From: Carcharhinus longimanus
Lineage: Eukaryota
Reading direction: 5' to 3'
Assembly (NCBI GenBank): GCA_030264375.1
Contig: JASCQW010000001.1
Location: 94,740,575-94,804,574 of the forward strand
Length of the DNA stretch: 64,000 nt
The first letter of the stretch is position 1; each line of letters starts with the position of its first letter. Of the stretch, positions 48,218-61,671 are shown piece after piece. Position numbers and translations under genes: made by a program. Under the pieces are notes generated by a model that did no database searches, had not been told where the DNA came from, and saw only the letters and a program-made list of their open reading frames with translations.

Positions 48218-51200
48218 GTATAATGTTATATTTTCATGTACATAATAAGGCTTGTTGAAGCTTCAGTTTTAAGTTGTATGTTATTTTGAGTTGAATATTT
48301 TCAGTATTGATTGCTGTGCATGAAAGTGATGTGTGTTGGGTGACAGTGATGCTTAAGACATATGTTTAATTAACACAGTGGTGCCCGAGGGATTGTACAC
48401 GGATGTCAGTTTTGGGTCTACTGTTTATACGTTCTGTATGCTCTAATGTTCTCTGCCCGGTTTAGAATTTTTATTCAAGACGTGCTGGCTCCATCTAGTG
48501 GCTGTATGAAAAGTAACTTCACTTTCCTATATTATTATTTTAATGGCTTTGTAGGCCTGGAATTCTCTGGATTGATATAAACAGCAGTTTAGTGAACAAT
48601 TCAATCTCCACATTGATCTTACTGAAAGCGACTTGCAGTGCAGTTTCCAATGAATTTTAACCACATGTGCCCAAACATATAACACAACAAGCTCAGAAGG
48701 GGCTTAAGTAATTGTTGGGAAATGTGAGCAGCCATTGCATGAGGGTCAGATGAGACNNNNCCAAAAGTGAAGCTTGGGCAATGTGGTAAGTGGAGCATGG
48801 TTTTCTCTGTCCAATTTCTTTTTATTAAAAAATACTTTAAAAGTTGTTTCCTGTGCCTCAACGCTATCTTTCTTTTTTACAGTGATATCCACTGAGAAGA
48901 GGGTCAGCAGTTTCTTGTCGAATGACCTGCAATAAATTGAATTGAGGAGGAGCTGGATGCTTAATGGATAAAGGTTGCCCATCTCCGTTCAGTAATCTTA
49001 GCTAGGATCGCTGGAAGAAAGTCTTACCAACAGCTTGTAGAAACTCTGTGCCCCCTCCCCACCCCAATGGACCCCTGAACAGTGTCATAGAAAATGCATC
49101 TATCTGGTCAGAGCTGGCAGGGTAAGACATTCACCAGCTCTCTTTCAAAAAATCAGTCAAGGGCATTGATGTTGAAATGCTCTATGAGCAGCACATCTTA
49201 TTTTTGTCATATAACCTGCACTGGCAGGTGCTAGTTCTTTAAAATACAGCATCCAAACAATATCTGTAGTACTAGCTACATCTGATATTCAGTGAAAACA
49301 CCTGGTCTTAGTTGTTGACACGCCCCTTTAATCTCTGGTTAACTAAAGAGAGGTATTTTTGAACTATGACTTCCAGTGTTAACCAGGCAGCAACAAGCTG
49401 TAAAGGGTGGACCTGACTTAAGGGCGCAAAAATCTGAGTGTGGTGTGTGTATGTACATACGTACATAGGTGGGAGGAGGGAAAAGAGCACCTCTAACAGA
49501 AAATGATACAACAGTCGCAAACTATTGCACAGGCTTTATTGAAGTGGGACAGTGTCTTCTGGCGGGAGTGCAATTTCTTCGGCCGCCCCGACCCCAAAGA
49601 CACTCAGGCCACATCACTCAGTTGTCAAAGGCAGCCATTTGGATACAGGCACTCTAAGCAACCTGTAAGGCAACACCTAGTAAGCGGCCTTGCTGACTTG
49701 ACAACCTGGGAAATTGGACACCAATGAGGAGGAGGAGTAGACATCAGCCAAATTATGAAGAGTCATGTGAACCAGACTTAACAGATTTGTTTTTTAAATT
49801 ACATGCTTTGAGCACAATAGATACGTGTGAGTCATTGACAGTTGTTCACACTGGCTGCAAAGGCATTCCTGTAATTTCTGCCAAAATGATGGATTCCCCA
49901 CTGGAATTGGACTGCATTCATTGATTTTGGGGGACACAATAAATGGTACTTTCTAGTCTTTTACTTGAGCAGTCACTTGAGGCTTCTGGGATGTGGCGTC
50001 GCTCAGTCAGCTGATGTCTTGTGGCAGGCAAGATTGGGCTTCTAAGATGCTCTCTCTAAAGATGTGACCAGCAACCAGATCCCTCCCAAGAACCAACTGC
50101 TGTGTGTTGAGAGACTGATGAACCCCATTCTCCTTCAGTCCAGAATTGGAGGTAGTGAAGCTGCCATGAATGATCTCATTGAAATTGGCAGCTGCAACAG
50201 CATATTTTAAGAGTCACATTTTTGGCACATTGTGTTCAAGAATTAGTGAATGTCTGCTTGCTGGGTCTATCTGTTTCAGCCCCTTTTGATCCAGGGACTG
50301 CTTTGTACAATGCCATAACTGCATGATCAGTTTACTGTTTTGTGTAGTTGCTGACTGGGCTGTTTTTTGGACAATAATGTACAGTTGCTCCTTTTGCTCT
50401 ACAACTGCCTTTGGCAATGTGCTTTTTAACCTGCAACTTCAATGGACTGGACTGTTAATGCTTTCTTTTTATATTGAGTCATTAATGCAGTTGATGGCGA
50501 AAGTAAGGTGGTTTTTTTTGGATTAACAAATATTTAAGCAGTGTTTACAGAAAAATGTTGACTTAAATTTGGGTACTTTTTTTAGTTTGATACTCAACTA
50601 CCTCAGCACTGTTACTGATGCTGGCCTTTTGTTGCAGTCGCATCTTTAAGGTTCACACTGAAATAATGTTTAGTGGAGAGTGTTTGTTTATATAACATTC
50701 TGAATGCCAAAACTTTCAAGGTTCACGTGTTTCCATTGCTGTTGAGCAGTGTAGAAGGTTCTGGACCTTGCCACTGTTTTCTATTTGAAAGTTTACTTGT
50801 TTGAGGTGTGAGTCATGTTTGGAGTGACATTGTTGAATAAAGTTTTAGTTATATCTGGTGTTGCCTGGTCTTCAGTCTTTGCAACAACTTCCCCAAAGGA
50901 AACTAGCAACAGAAATGGTTTGTGAATTACTGATGCTACCGGTGGGGATTTTTGAAGGTGGGGCAATCAGTTGCTGAGCGCTTTTCCTAGGAGCTGCTAT
51001 CTGATTTTCTTGTTCACTTGGCTATGGAACTAAGGTCTTGAAATCTTCCGATTTAATGAATCCTCACCAGGCACTTTCTGACTAATCCCTTCCAGCAAGA
51101 CAAAAAAGGGCACAACAATCTTTGCCTCTCTGTTGCAGATACTATAGGGCAACCTCCAACCTCTGGATCTCCATTGTTCTCTCCACTACCTCCTGTTCAC

Positions 51201-52299
51201 TGTACATGCATGATTGCAATATTCCTGTGCAGAATAGTGTCATCAACTATGGTGACAGCTGGTAGGTGTTATTGCTCAGAGTCCATCTATTTATTTGATC
51301 CTCTTTGAATAATCAGTGGTGGTGGAATGGCAAAGGATATACACATCCTGGCAGATTCTTGGTTGCGCTTTGCATTGAAATGCAGAGTCCTTTGCAGGCA
51401 TCATAGGCTAACTTAACAAGTATAATTTCTTCCTATGATGAATGTTGCCGGTTCCCTGCTAAAGTAGGTTCAATCGATAGCCTATATCCCAGGGAACACA
51501 GCCAGTTTGTAATCATTGCTCTGCAAGGGATATTCCATACTGGCTGAAAACGGCTGCCCTGTCACCTGCTGAATGTAGGCTCTTGCAGCTTCTGGACGGT
51601 ATTGTAAAGTGGGTGATTGGAACTATCTGGAGCTATAAAAATGGAAAGCCATAGTGATGATATCTCGCAAAAAGTCTGTGGCTTGCTTTCTTCCTGAAGA
51701 ATTTCACACGTGGCCACATACATTGCCACTCCAAGGTCCTGATATAACCTTCAAACCCATTAGTACACACTCAGAACACTGGGGATGCCTTACTCCAATG
51801 TTTCTCATTCTTTACCTCATTTGTTTTAAAAAGCTGAATTGAAGAATGCTGATGAGACATGCCATTGCAGTTCCTTTATCCAATTGACCATTGGAAGAAG
51901 TGAAAAATATTGGGCTGAGAAAACCTGATGTCTCTGGGCAGAAACATTGAGATGGAAAAAGTTGCTGCTGTGCCAAAATGAAGCTCTTTGAAAATTCGCC
52001 AAGAGTCACAAAATATATTAACATTAGATGTCTTCTGATGATCCTTCACCCAGTTTCCTCTGCAGTCACCAGAAAACCAGACAAAATCTGGAAAATCCCC
52101 ACAAGTTGCTCTCTTGCATGCAAGCAAAGCTCTATTGTTCACTAGAAAGTTAGATGTGCAAAAGATCAAAACAGCTGGCATATTTAAAACCAGCACAAGT
52201 TGTCTTTGGTGCTGAAAATTGCCATTGTGCTGTACTTATCCCATTGTTTTGGTGGTTTCCAGGAAATTATTCCAATTATATTGTACTAAGTTTACTTAA

Positions 52300-52395
52300 C
52301 ACTCTGACAAGGTCATATGGACTCAACAATATTTTATTTATCTCTCCACAGATGCTGCCAGAACTGCTGAGTTTTTCCAGCATTTTCTGTTTTTA
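52300..52395 (+). mobile_element. Penelope-like pseudo-LTR 3' fragment about 120 bp upstream of exon 5
   Basis: ctctgacaaggtcatatggactc...ctctccacagatgctgccagaactgctgagtttttccagcattttctgttttt. Confidence 0.7.
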
Positions 52396-52512
52396 ATTAA
52401 TGTGTATGTGGATAGAAGGAAATGAAATTTGCTCTTGTATGCGGTAATAATTGAAATGAACACTTATTTTATATTGTACATTTCCATTAATATATAACAT
52501 TAATCCTTTTAG

Positions 52513-52764
52513 ACCTTCCTCAGAACTGTGATCGCAACATTCCTCTAGTTGCTCAGGAAATAATGAAAAGAATGATTCGTCAATTTGCAATTGAATATAT
52601 ATCCAGAAGTAATCATGTTCATGAAAATCAGACTGGATCGACCGATGAATCTGTTTCAGTCCCAAATGATCCTCCTGCCAAGCAAACTCAGAACTTTCAC
52701 CAGGAGCAGGAGGGACCCCTAGACCTCACTGTGAATAAAAATCAACCGAAAAATTTTCAACAAG
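52513..52764 (+). CDS. LCORL: LCORL coding exon (equivalent to human exon 5), 252 bp, phase 1-1; carries CtBP-binding motif PLDLT
   Basis: ccttttag|AC CTT CCT CAG AAC...CAA CAA G|gtaatc translates to (D)LPQNCDRNIPLVAQEIMKRMIRQFAIEYISRS...EQEGPLDLTVNKNQPKNFQQ. It overlaps ORF 52563..52838. It lacks the LSKLL NR box of the paralogue LCOR, which supports LCORL. Confidence 0.97.
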
Positions 52765-54324
52765 GTAATCAGATTTCTTTTCTAATAATTGAGTGTTTCA
52801 GATTTCAGTATGTGTGCACATGTAAATATCTTTATTGAGGAAAGACTGTAACAGTACGTTACCATGATATTTATTTTATCATTGGAACCTGGATTCATTG
52901 CCAGCTCAGAAATAATGTAATGAAAATCAGTGACATAACCTAATTCTAAGTAAGTGCAGGCAACAAATTGACAACCATACTCGCTTTAAATATATAATTA
53001 ATTAAATGTGGAATAAAATATGATACGGTCAGTATTGGTTCACAGTCAGGTCAGTTCATGGCACGTTTTAAAGTGGGATGACTTTCTCTGGTTGCTGATT
53101 TTAGAGTGCACCGGTGAAAATGTTTTTTTTTTAAATGGATAGGCATATTGTTAGCAAAGCCAGCTTTTGTTGTTCATTCCTAATGGGGACAATTGCTATC
53201 CGTGTACTGTAGGTATACCGTGGTACTATAGCATAACAAAACTAGAAAATGAATTCTACACCCCATAATGCTGCAGCCATTCTCATCTGTTGTAACTTCT
53301 ACCAGCATGACAAGAACATTTGTGCATGTGCATTCGATCCACGCTGCAGGTACCAGCTCATGTACAGCTGTTGGGACAGGGTGGAATTTTTCCATGTCTT
53401 ACTACATGAAATCTTGTTTTTTAACACTGCCTATTTACATCACCATTAAGTGAGCGTTTAGCATTGTGATTGACAATTAACATATTCTTAAAACTCTACA
53501 ATGGTACCCAGGTAGAGAAACAGCTGCAGCTTTAGAGGGGTCACCTCACTTCCATATACATCACTAATTAACTTGCTACAATCCATAATAAATCAGATCT
53601 TTGAAAATAAACAAAATAAATTAGTTAATTTAAATATTGTTTCCTGCCCAGTGTGTTAAGGGAACCCCTTGTGTTTCCCAATTATTTCAGATGGATGATA
53701 ATGAGACTTTGAATCATTGTTTTGAATCTTGTAAATTTCTTAGAAGTGTTTTATACTTCTATGGGTTTTTGCCATTAAAAAGTTGCAACTAATTCTCCAT
53801 AGTCTTAAGTTCATTGGAAGCTGGGCGTCTCATTTATTGAAATTTCTTTTTTTACACACGTATGTTATTTTATACATCATTCACAGAATTTTCAGAAGCA
53901 TGTTTTACAGAGGGAACAGTTGATAAATGATAGGTAAAATAGGTATCAGAATTTGTATTTGAAGAACTGTGCAGACCCTAAAATTGCTAATTTGAATTTT
54001 ATCTTTAACTTCAAGCCAACTTGTTTGTTTTAATGCAGCAGCCAATACTCTGACACTGTGTGCAGGAAATACTCCTCCTGGTATCATGGCATAATTAAAC
54101 ATCCTGTCTCACCAACATATAAAATATATCTTTTAGATTTTTATAAAATTAACCTGTTCTTGCATTTCTTTTATGCAAGTTGTTATCCGAACTTCATGTA
54201 CAAACTGAAAAACAGGAGCATATTCTGTAATAAGCAACTTGATTATTCAGAATTCTGTGAATCTTAGAACATGATCACTACAGTACAGAAGGAGGACACT
54301 CATACTGCCGTGTCCATGTTGGTT

Positions 54325-55640
54325 CTTCACAAGAGACTTTGCAAAGACTGGCAGCCAACACTGAAGTGGAATCCTAAAGTCTTTCTATAGACATATAAAC
54401 AGTAAAAGGAGTACGGCCAATTAGGCATCAGAAAAGGAATTTGCACATGGAAGCAGGGGGACTGGCTAAGACCAAGCCCAAGATGGGGTGCAATACCTTA
54501 TCTTGTCAGCTTTTACCTTGTTTGTCCCTCTTGAGGGGACCATGAATTGGATTCCATTTGAATTTGTTTTTTTGTAACGAGTAAAAATGAATTAAAAACA
54601 AAAAATTAAATCAATACTTTGCATCTGGCTTTATCAAGGAGGTTGATGGAGACCAATGAAGAAAATCTGTCCCTAGAAGGGCTCAAAATTGATATGGTGG
54701 AAGTGTTGAATTGAAAGTTGACATGGCATTGGGACAGGATGAGATGTTCCCAAGGACGTTGAAGGAAGTGAGAATGGAACTGCTGGTGTGTTGGCAATCT
54801 TTGTCTCCTTTAGATTCAAGAGATTCCAGAGGATTGTCAAGTTGCAAATGTTATGTATGCCCTTGTTCAAAAAAGAGAGAGCCTCAGCAGTGGAGTGGGC
54901 AAATAAATGGCCGATGAAGTTCAATGCGGAGGAGTGTGAAATGATGCATTTTGATGAGAAGAACATGGAGATACAATACAAAATAAGGGGTAAAATTCTT
55001 AAGAGGATGCAGGAGCATAGATTATTGAAGATGGCAGGACAAATGGGGAGAGCAGTTAATAAAACATGTGGTATCCTAGGCTTTATTAATAGGGCAATAG
55101 AGTACAAGAGCTGGAGGTTAGACAAGACACCAGTTAGACCTTAGCTGGAGTATTTTGTACAGTCCTGAGTGCAATACTGTAGGAAAGATGTGAGCGTATA
55201 GGAGAATGGTTCTATGGATGTAGCACTTTGGTTATGAGGGTAGGTTGGGGAGGTTCGCATTGTTCTCCTTGCAGAGAAGAACACCAAGAGGAGATTTGAT
55301 TGAAATGTTCGAAATAAAGGGGCTGGACAGAGTAGAAAGGGAGAAACTGTTCCCCCTTGTAAAAGGTTCAAGAATGAGCAGGTGCAGAATTGAAATGATT
55401 TGTAAAAGAAGCAAATGTGATGAGGGGAAAAAAAAAATTTCACACAATGAATTGTTTGGGTCTGGAATGCACTGTCTGGAAACTTATTGGAGGCAAGTTC
55501 AATGGAGACATTCAAGATTTCATTAGATGATTTGAATAGAAACAATATGCAGGCGAATGGCACTGAGTCATAATGCTCATTTAGAGAACTGGTGCAGACA
55601 TAGGGCTGAATGGCCTGCACCACAACTATTTTGTGATAAT
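54325..55640 (+). mobile_element. CR1 LINE, internally deleted ORF2 remnant plus 3' end
   Basis: ORF 54788..55144 (EWANKWPMKFNAEECEMMHF...KTCGILGFINRAIEYKS) and ORF 55245..55526 (LFSLQRRTPRGDLIEMF). Confidence 0.85.
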
Positions 55641-57639
55641 ACTCAATGTAGTAAAAGACAAATGTGCAATTTTTGTGACTTTTAACTTGTTTTGTTTTGT
55701 TCCGATAAGCTTTAGTTCAAACCAGTAAGAGTGATTTGCTTTAAAACACACTCAACTGGCTAATTTCTCTGTCAAATTCTAGATATGGAATTAGATGATC
55801 AAAATGAACGATGAAGAAAGACTTGAAGGGCCAAATGGCCTAGTTCTGCTTTTTTCTATGATTCGATAAATTGTGTAAGCTTTCTAAATTTAATTTACTG
55901 TATCTTGCTTACCTAAAAATGGTGCACTGTCTGATAGCCGATTGTAGTCAATTTTCCTTAAAATCCCTCGCAGGCGCCCTGATACCAGAAGTTGAATGTG
56001 TTTACAGGCCAAAGGCTGGGAGTTTATACTGCAGGCTGCAGTATAAACTGTCTGCCCCTGAATATAAAGTGTCAGTGATCTAGGAATGGAATGAACCATT
56101 GTGGCTAATTTTTGTTAAAATACAAACTGTCAGATTTATACTATTGACAATTCAGCATATTTTAGGCCTAACACTGAAGATGCAAGCAATGATTTTTGAT
56201 TACATTCTAGTCAGAAGTATGGAGCATCGATGTCTCAAACTTCAGTGTATTAATACAATTATATTGAAGTTTGTGTCGTCCTGATCCCCAAAAGTAACAT
56301 TTATGGAGATTAGCTTAAGCATGCAAGTCTCTTGAATCAAAATACCTATGTATATATTGTTATGCATTTGGTTTGTGTGTTTAGACAGTCATGCTTTCTC
56401 ACTGCCTGAACAATCAATTTTAGCACATTGCTGAACTTTACATCAACCCCTACAGAAAAAGTAACTTGAACTAATATATTTTCATTTTCACCCTACTTAG
56501 CGCAACATTTTTTTTTGTTTCAGTTGTTAAATCCTGAATGAAGTGCAACAGAGTACCTACTGCTTTGTGGAGCTCACACCACTTGTGTGTATGCATTAAG
56601 CACCCTGTACAGTACAATTTGTAACACGTGGTCTGAGTCACTCATTAGTATGGTCAAGGTAATTTCTGAAGCTAAGATCACATGGGAGGATAAAAAAGAG
56701 AAATTAAGTTGAAGGATCTTTTTGAATGCTCGGTTGGCGTAGTATCTCATTTGTGTGAGGTAAAAGGAACACTAGAATCCGTTGCTTTTATGATCAGCCT
56801 AGTTCTTTGGCTATGAATCTCACTATTATAGCCTCTTATCCTTGTGTCTTTCTAATTTCAGGTGCAGCCAGTGAATTATTTTCTCTACCATGACATCTAT
56901 CCCATTTTTGTTTGGTGTCAGATTGTACTAGAGTTGAGAGATGCATTTGTTCGTTATTTGAAGTGAAAAATGATGAGCCTGCAAATGTTGCTAGTGAGTT
57001 GAGTATGCATAGGATAAGTTCGTGCTGATGTTTAAGCCATTTTTGGCTCTGGTAGTCTTTAAAACCTTTGCCCAGAAGTGGCTGGAGATGTGAGTAACTA
57101 TTCATTTGACTGAATTTATTTTTGAATTTAGTAGCAAAATATATGCAATGAAGAAAGTTGACCAGGCTCTCTGTGCTGTGGATGACGTCATGAAAAACAG
57201 TTGATGCTTCCTCCTTTGCATCCCTGGCAGTGGATGGTCTAAGATTTATTTAGGCTTTTATATATTGATATGGAGGAAAGTAGAATAAATCTGATTGCAA
57301 GAAGAGCCAGTTATAATGGGAGTCGTATGATTCTTTGGAAGCAACAGATAAGGTTCCAATGATAGCAATGCTTTGGGGCAGCTTTAGAAATTTTGTTGGG
57401 GATAAAGAATTATCAGTGACCTGCTGGGGAAAAATAAACATGTGATTCTTCATGGTTGCAGTTTATTTTGATGCTTTTGAGGTAGGTGATAAGCCAGAAT
57501 ATTGCAAAATGGCAGAGCAGATTGAAGGAACCAGATGGCTTAGTCTTGTTTCTATTTCCCATAGAAAGCGAAAAACCAGGATGTGCACTGTGATTAGTCA
57601 GGCACTGATTGTCTTCATTCCTAATGAACAAATTTTATG

Positions 57640-58225
57640 CCTGCCCCTGCAACTTCCACCAACTCTGCCTCTTCCCCCAAATAGCACTTCTATTTTCAGT
57701 TTACTGTACTGCCAATGTGGTCTCCTCTACAATGGGGGGATCAAATACATACCTTTCTGTCCTTAGCCTGCTATGGTGTTCCAGTGAAGCTTGGAACACG
57801 CACCTCCTCATTTGGCTCAGCGCTTTAAAGTCTTCTGGTCTCAACATTCAGTTCAATAACTTTTAGATCATAACCTCCTATGTTTCTGGTTTCTTGCTTT
57901 TTTTCCTTCTAATTTCTGTTTTTCCTTCACTTCATGTTCAGACAGCAGCTATCCTACCATTCACACCTTATTACTAACATTACAACACAATGATTACACT
58001 TCAGAAAGATTTTATTTCACTGGCTGTGAAGCACTTTGAGATATCTCATGGTTGTGAAAAGTGCAAGACTTTGTTTTTTCTTAGTTTTCTGACTACCATT
58101 TACTTTGCTCTTGCAATATGAAAGCTTTTGGTCATTTAAATTCTAATGCCCTCCACCCTATCAGAAATTTGTTTGTCTTCCCATCCACAAAGGCTGACCT
58201 GAGTAATTCCAACATTTTCTGGGGT
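57640..58225 (+). mobile_element. Decayed Penelope-like element: GIY-YIG endonuclease C-terminus plus pseudo-LTR
   Basis: YCQCGLLYNG (compare C..CGLLYIGET) and LSVLSLLWCSSEA..HLLIWLSALKSSGLNIQFNNF* (compare E..LI..LGTL.P.GLN); ends ctgacctgagtaattccaacattttct. Confidence 0.7.
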
Positions 58226-58399
58226 TTTTTTCTTCCTTAATTATTTACTCTTCCTGGCCAAATATAAGTTTCTTGAAATAGCTACTTAATATTCTTTAAA
58301 ACCAATTATGATTTATTTCTTAATTGGATGGTTGGGTCTCCTAATGTTCGCGTGTTATTTTCACTTTGTCAGCCATATTATGTTTGAAATAGAATGAAG

Positions 58400-59064
58400 T
58401 TGAAGATATCAATGGAATGACCAGAGAAGTATAAATCTGAATTCCATTGAGAGAAATGACGGGTAATACATGTTAGGGAAAACAAGTGAACAGGTAATAC
58501 TTGGTAGGGTACTGAAGAGTGTTGAGGAGCAGAGGAAACTTAGAATGCGTGTCCATAATCCGTGAAGGTAGCAGGTGATGAGGTGGTTAAGATGGCATAT
58601 AGGATAATTTTCTTGATTAGCCAAGATAGAAGAGCAGGAAAGTTATGCTAGAACCGTATTAAACACAGATGTGACCATAGCTAGAGTATTGTGTACAGTT
58701 CTGGTCATTACATTGGAGAAGGGATTTTTCTCATGGGATGTGAACATTCCTGACAAGGCCAATGTTTGTTGCCCATCCCTAATTGCCCTTGAGTGTGGTG
58801 ATAAGCCATCTCTATCTGAATACAACTGAGTACCTTGCTAGGAGGCATTTTGGAGGGCAGTGAAGAGTCAACCACGTTTTCTGTGGGTCTGATGTCATAT
58901 GTAGGCCAAACTGGGTAAGGATGACAAATTTATCTTCCTGAAGGACATTAGTGAGCCAGATGAGTTTTATTTTGCGACAATTAATAGTGACATAGAACAT
59001 AGAACATTACAGCGCAGAACAGGCCCTTCGGCCCACGATGTTGCGCCGACCAGTTACAAAAACA
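58400..59064. mobile_element. Nested CR1 (+), tRNA-headed SINE (-) and young CR1 tail (-) running into a gap
   Basis: CR1 RT remnant at 58400-58720, SINE at 58730-58990, and catagaacatagaacattacagcgcagaacaggcccttcggcccacgatgttgcgccgacc with intact CpGs. Confidence 0.7.
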
Positions 59065-60584
59065 NNNNNNNNNNNNNNNNNNNNNNNNNNNNNNNNNNNN
59101 NNNNNNNNNNNNNNNNNNNNNNNNNNNNNNNNNNNNNNNNNNNTACCATAATCCAATGATCTTCCCTGAGGATGTACTGAAAAGGTTTACAAGGGTGTTG
59201 TAAGGAATGGATTATGTAGAATACACTTCACAGGATATACTTCACTCAAACGAGTCATTCAGTTGAACTGAACCAGTCCATGCTAGTATTTATACTCCAC
59301 TTGAGCCTCGCCCATCTTATCTAAATGTACCATTGGAACTTTCTCCTTCTCTCTCCTCCATATGCTTGTCTAGTTTTCCTTTCAAAAGCATTGATACTAT
59401 TCATTTCAACTGCTCCCTGTGGTCAGGTTTCGCATTATTACCACTCTTCAGGTAAAGAGGTTTCTTCTGAAATACTCATTGGATTTCTTGGCAAGTATCT
59501 TCCATTGATTAGCTTTAGTTGTGCTCTTCTCTGCTAAAGAAAATATGCTTTTATGCATGCTATAAAATCCCTTTCGTTATTTATTGCTCATCTATTCAAT
59601 ATTATATCTACCTGTTCTGTCTCCCTGGTAAACACTGAAGTAAAATAATTTTTAATATTTTCGCCACCTTTTCGATTACCAGTATTATCCTGTATTTCTC
59701 TAAAGGCCTTAGTCCCATCATAGCCTTCCCTTTTTATCTAATATATTTGTAAAATGTTTTGTTCCTTGATGATTTAATTTCATAGTTTCTCTTCGCCTTC
59801 CTTTTTTTCTTTGACTTTTCTCTTAATCTGTTATCATGAATCCCTCTTTTGCCCGTGTAATTAATGCGTGCCTCTTTCCTAACTTTCAGTTGTTCCTTTT
59901 TCTTCAATCATCAACGGATTCTCTCGCTTCTGTTTAGTTTTACTTTCCTTTTAGTAGAACATATTTTGCCTGTATTCTGAACAGAGTTTTAATTATTTCC
60001 CTGTTTTTCTGTGTTTGCAAATATTTTTGCCCATTTATTTTCCCAAGTTCTATTCTAAGCCTCTCAAAATGAACTTTTCTATTAAATTAGTGATAGTTTT
60101 CTCATAACCCTGTCCTTCTCTAGAATCATCTTAGTATGTTTGATTTTAGTCACTACTGCCTAAATGTTCTCTATTTCTACTTATCTGATGTGCTTTGGAT
60201 TGTTCCCCATTGCAAGATCCAAAAGCAAATCTTCCTTTGTATGCTTTTTATATATTTGTTTGAAAAGAAGTCCCGAATGCACTGTGTAGGAACCCTTTTC
60301 TTTTACCTATGTCCTGGACAGTTGTCAGGGTAGTTTAAAATCCACAATTTTTTTAAACATTTCCTTAATTTGTCTGCATGTTTTCATTCTCCACCTCCCT
60401 TCCACTGTTAGGTAACCTGTGGATGAACCAATTAATGCAATTAATTTTTTTGGATGCTATTTTCGTCATTATTTTGGATGCTGCATTCCTTTCTCCTACT
60501 GCCGTTACGTGCATAGCTCGGCCACCTCCTCTATTTCTTCTCTATCCTTTTTAAATACGTTATTTCCTGCAGTGTTTAATTCAA

Positions 60585-61010
60585 AACTGAGTTGTGAGGA
60601 AAGATTGGATAGGCTGGGATCCTTCTCCTTGGAACATAGGAGGCTGAGGGGCGATGTAATTTGGATATAAAGTTAAGGGCCTAGGTATTTCATTAGCAAA
60701 TAGGTCAGTAATGACAGAGTAGATTTAAAGTTATGGGGGGGGGTGTGTGAGTGAGTTGAGTGGTGGGGAGGGGGTTGCAGGGCAGCGTTGGAGAGAAATT
60801 ATTTACTCAGAAGGTGGTGAAACTCGGTGCCTAAAAGAGGTAGTAGGGGCAAAAACCTTGTCCTGTTTAAAATATTTGAATACCCTTGAAGTGAGTAACC
60901 TGTAAGGCCAAGGGCTGGAAAGGAGAATTAAGTTTGATAACTTTGTGCTCGTAGACAAGGTGAGTTGAATGGCCATGAATGTTCTGTTTCTATGAAGCTC
61001 CACTTTCTGT
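60585..61010 (+). mobile_element. CR1 3' fragment
   Basis: LSCEERLDRLGSFSLEHRRLRGDVI at the end of ORF 60419..60670. Confidence 0.75.
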
Positions 61011-61574
61011 TGCTATGCGAATCAGAAACCTAATAATATGTTCTATGTATGATGGGAGGGTGACTTTAGTCCGAAATTCTTGACAGTTGCCTGCATGGTC
61101 CTCCATAGTAAGATTTTCTTGTTATCTGTCTGTTAGATGTTTTGGTTTCAGTTTTAAGTGAGAAGTCACTGGGTAAGGGGCAAGTCTCTTTCTCTTTAAG
61201 GTAAAGGGTTAAAGCCAGGTGTTCAGCTCTTTTTTTACCCAGCCAGGCTGGATAATGTGTGAGATCCTTGGGATGCTGATGGAAATTTGGATCGCCACGT
61301 GATTAGAGATTAAAAAAAACTAAAATATTATCAAATAAACAAACATGGCAAAGTCTAGAATTTCAAAATTATGAAAATGTATGGGCCATTCAAAACATTG
61401 AAAGAGGGTTATAACATTTCTGTTCATAATTTGTATTTTGTTAGAAGTTCTGAGCAATAGGTGATGTCTCTTGAGTTATTTGTGAAAAACAAAATGCTGT
61501 TATTTTCTTGACTGAAGGTCAATTGCCTTAAAGGCTTTTGTTAAGGAAAAATTGAACCAAACTTTGTCTGTTAG

Positions 61575-61671
61575 CAGATGGAGTGCTTGATCTGTCTACA
61601 AAGAAGAATAGTATAATTTCCACAATATCAACTGGATCTAGTCCTGCATCAACCACTATCAAATTATCAGG
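61575..61671 (+). CDS. LCORL: LCORL coding exon (equivalent to human exon 6), 97 bp (94 bp from the alternative acceptor at 61578), phase 1-2; carries VLDLS motif
   Basis: ttgtctgttag|cag|AT GGA GTG CTT GAT CTG TCT ACA AAG AAG...TTA TCA GG|gtaagt translates to (A)DGVLDLSTKKNSIISTISTGSSPASTTIKLSG, compared with human GDGVLDLSTKK. Confidence 0.93.

Noticed and set aside
52563-52838. ORF as a standalone 91-aa LCOR-like gene
   Set aside because: It is the internal part of LCORL exon 5. Similarity stops at the GT donor at 52765, and the upstream frame continues to the acceptor at 52513.
31088-61671. Assignment to the paralogue LCOR
   Set aside because: There is no LSKLL NR box before PLDLT, and the diagnostic segments (DLPQNCD, FAIEYIS, EQEGPLDLTVN, SQGQS) match LCORL as recalled.
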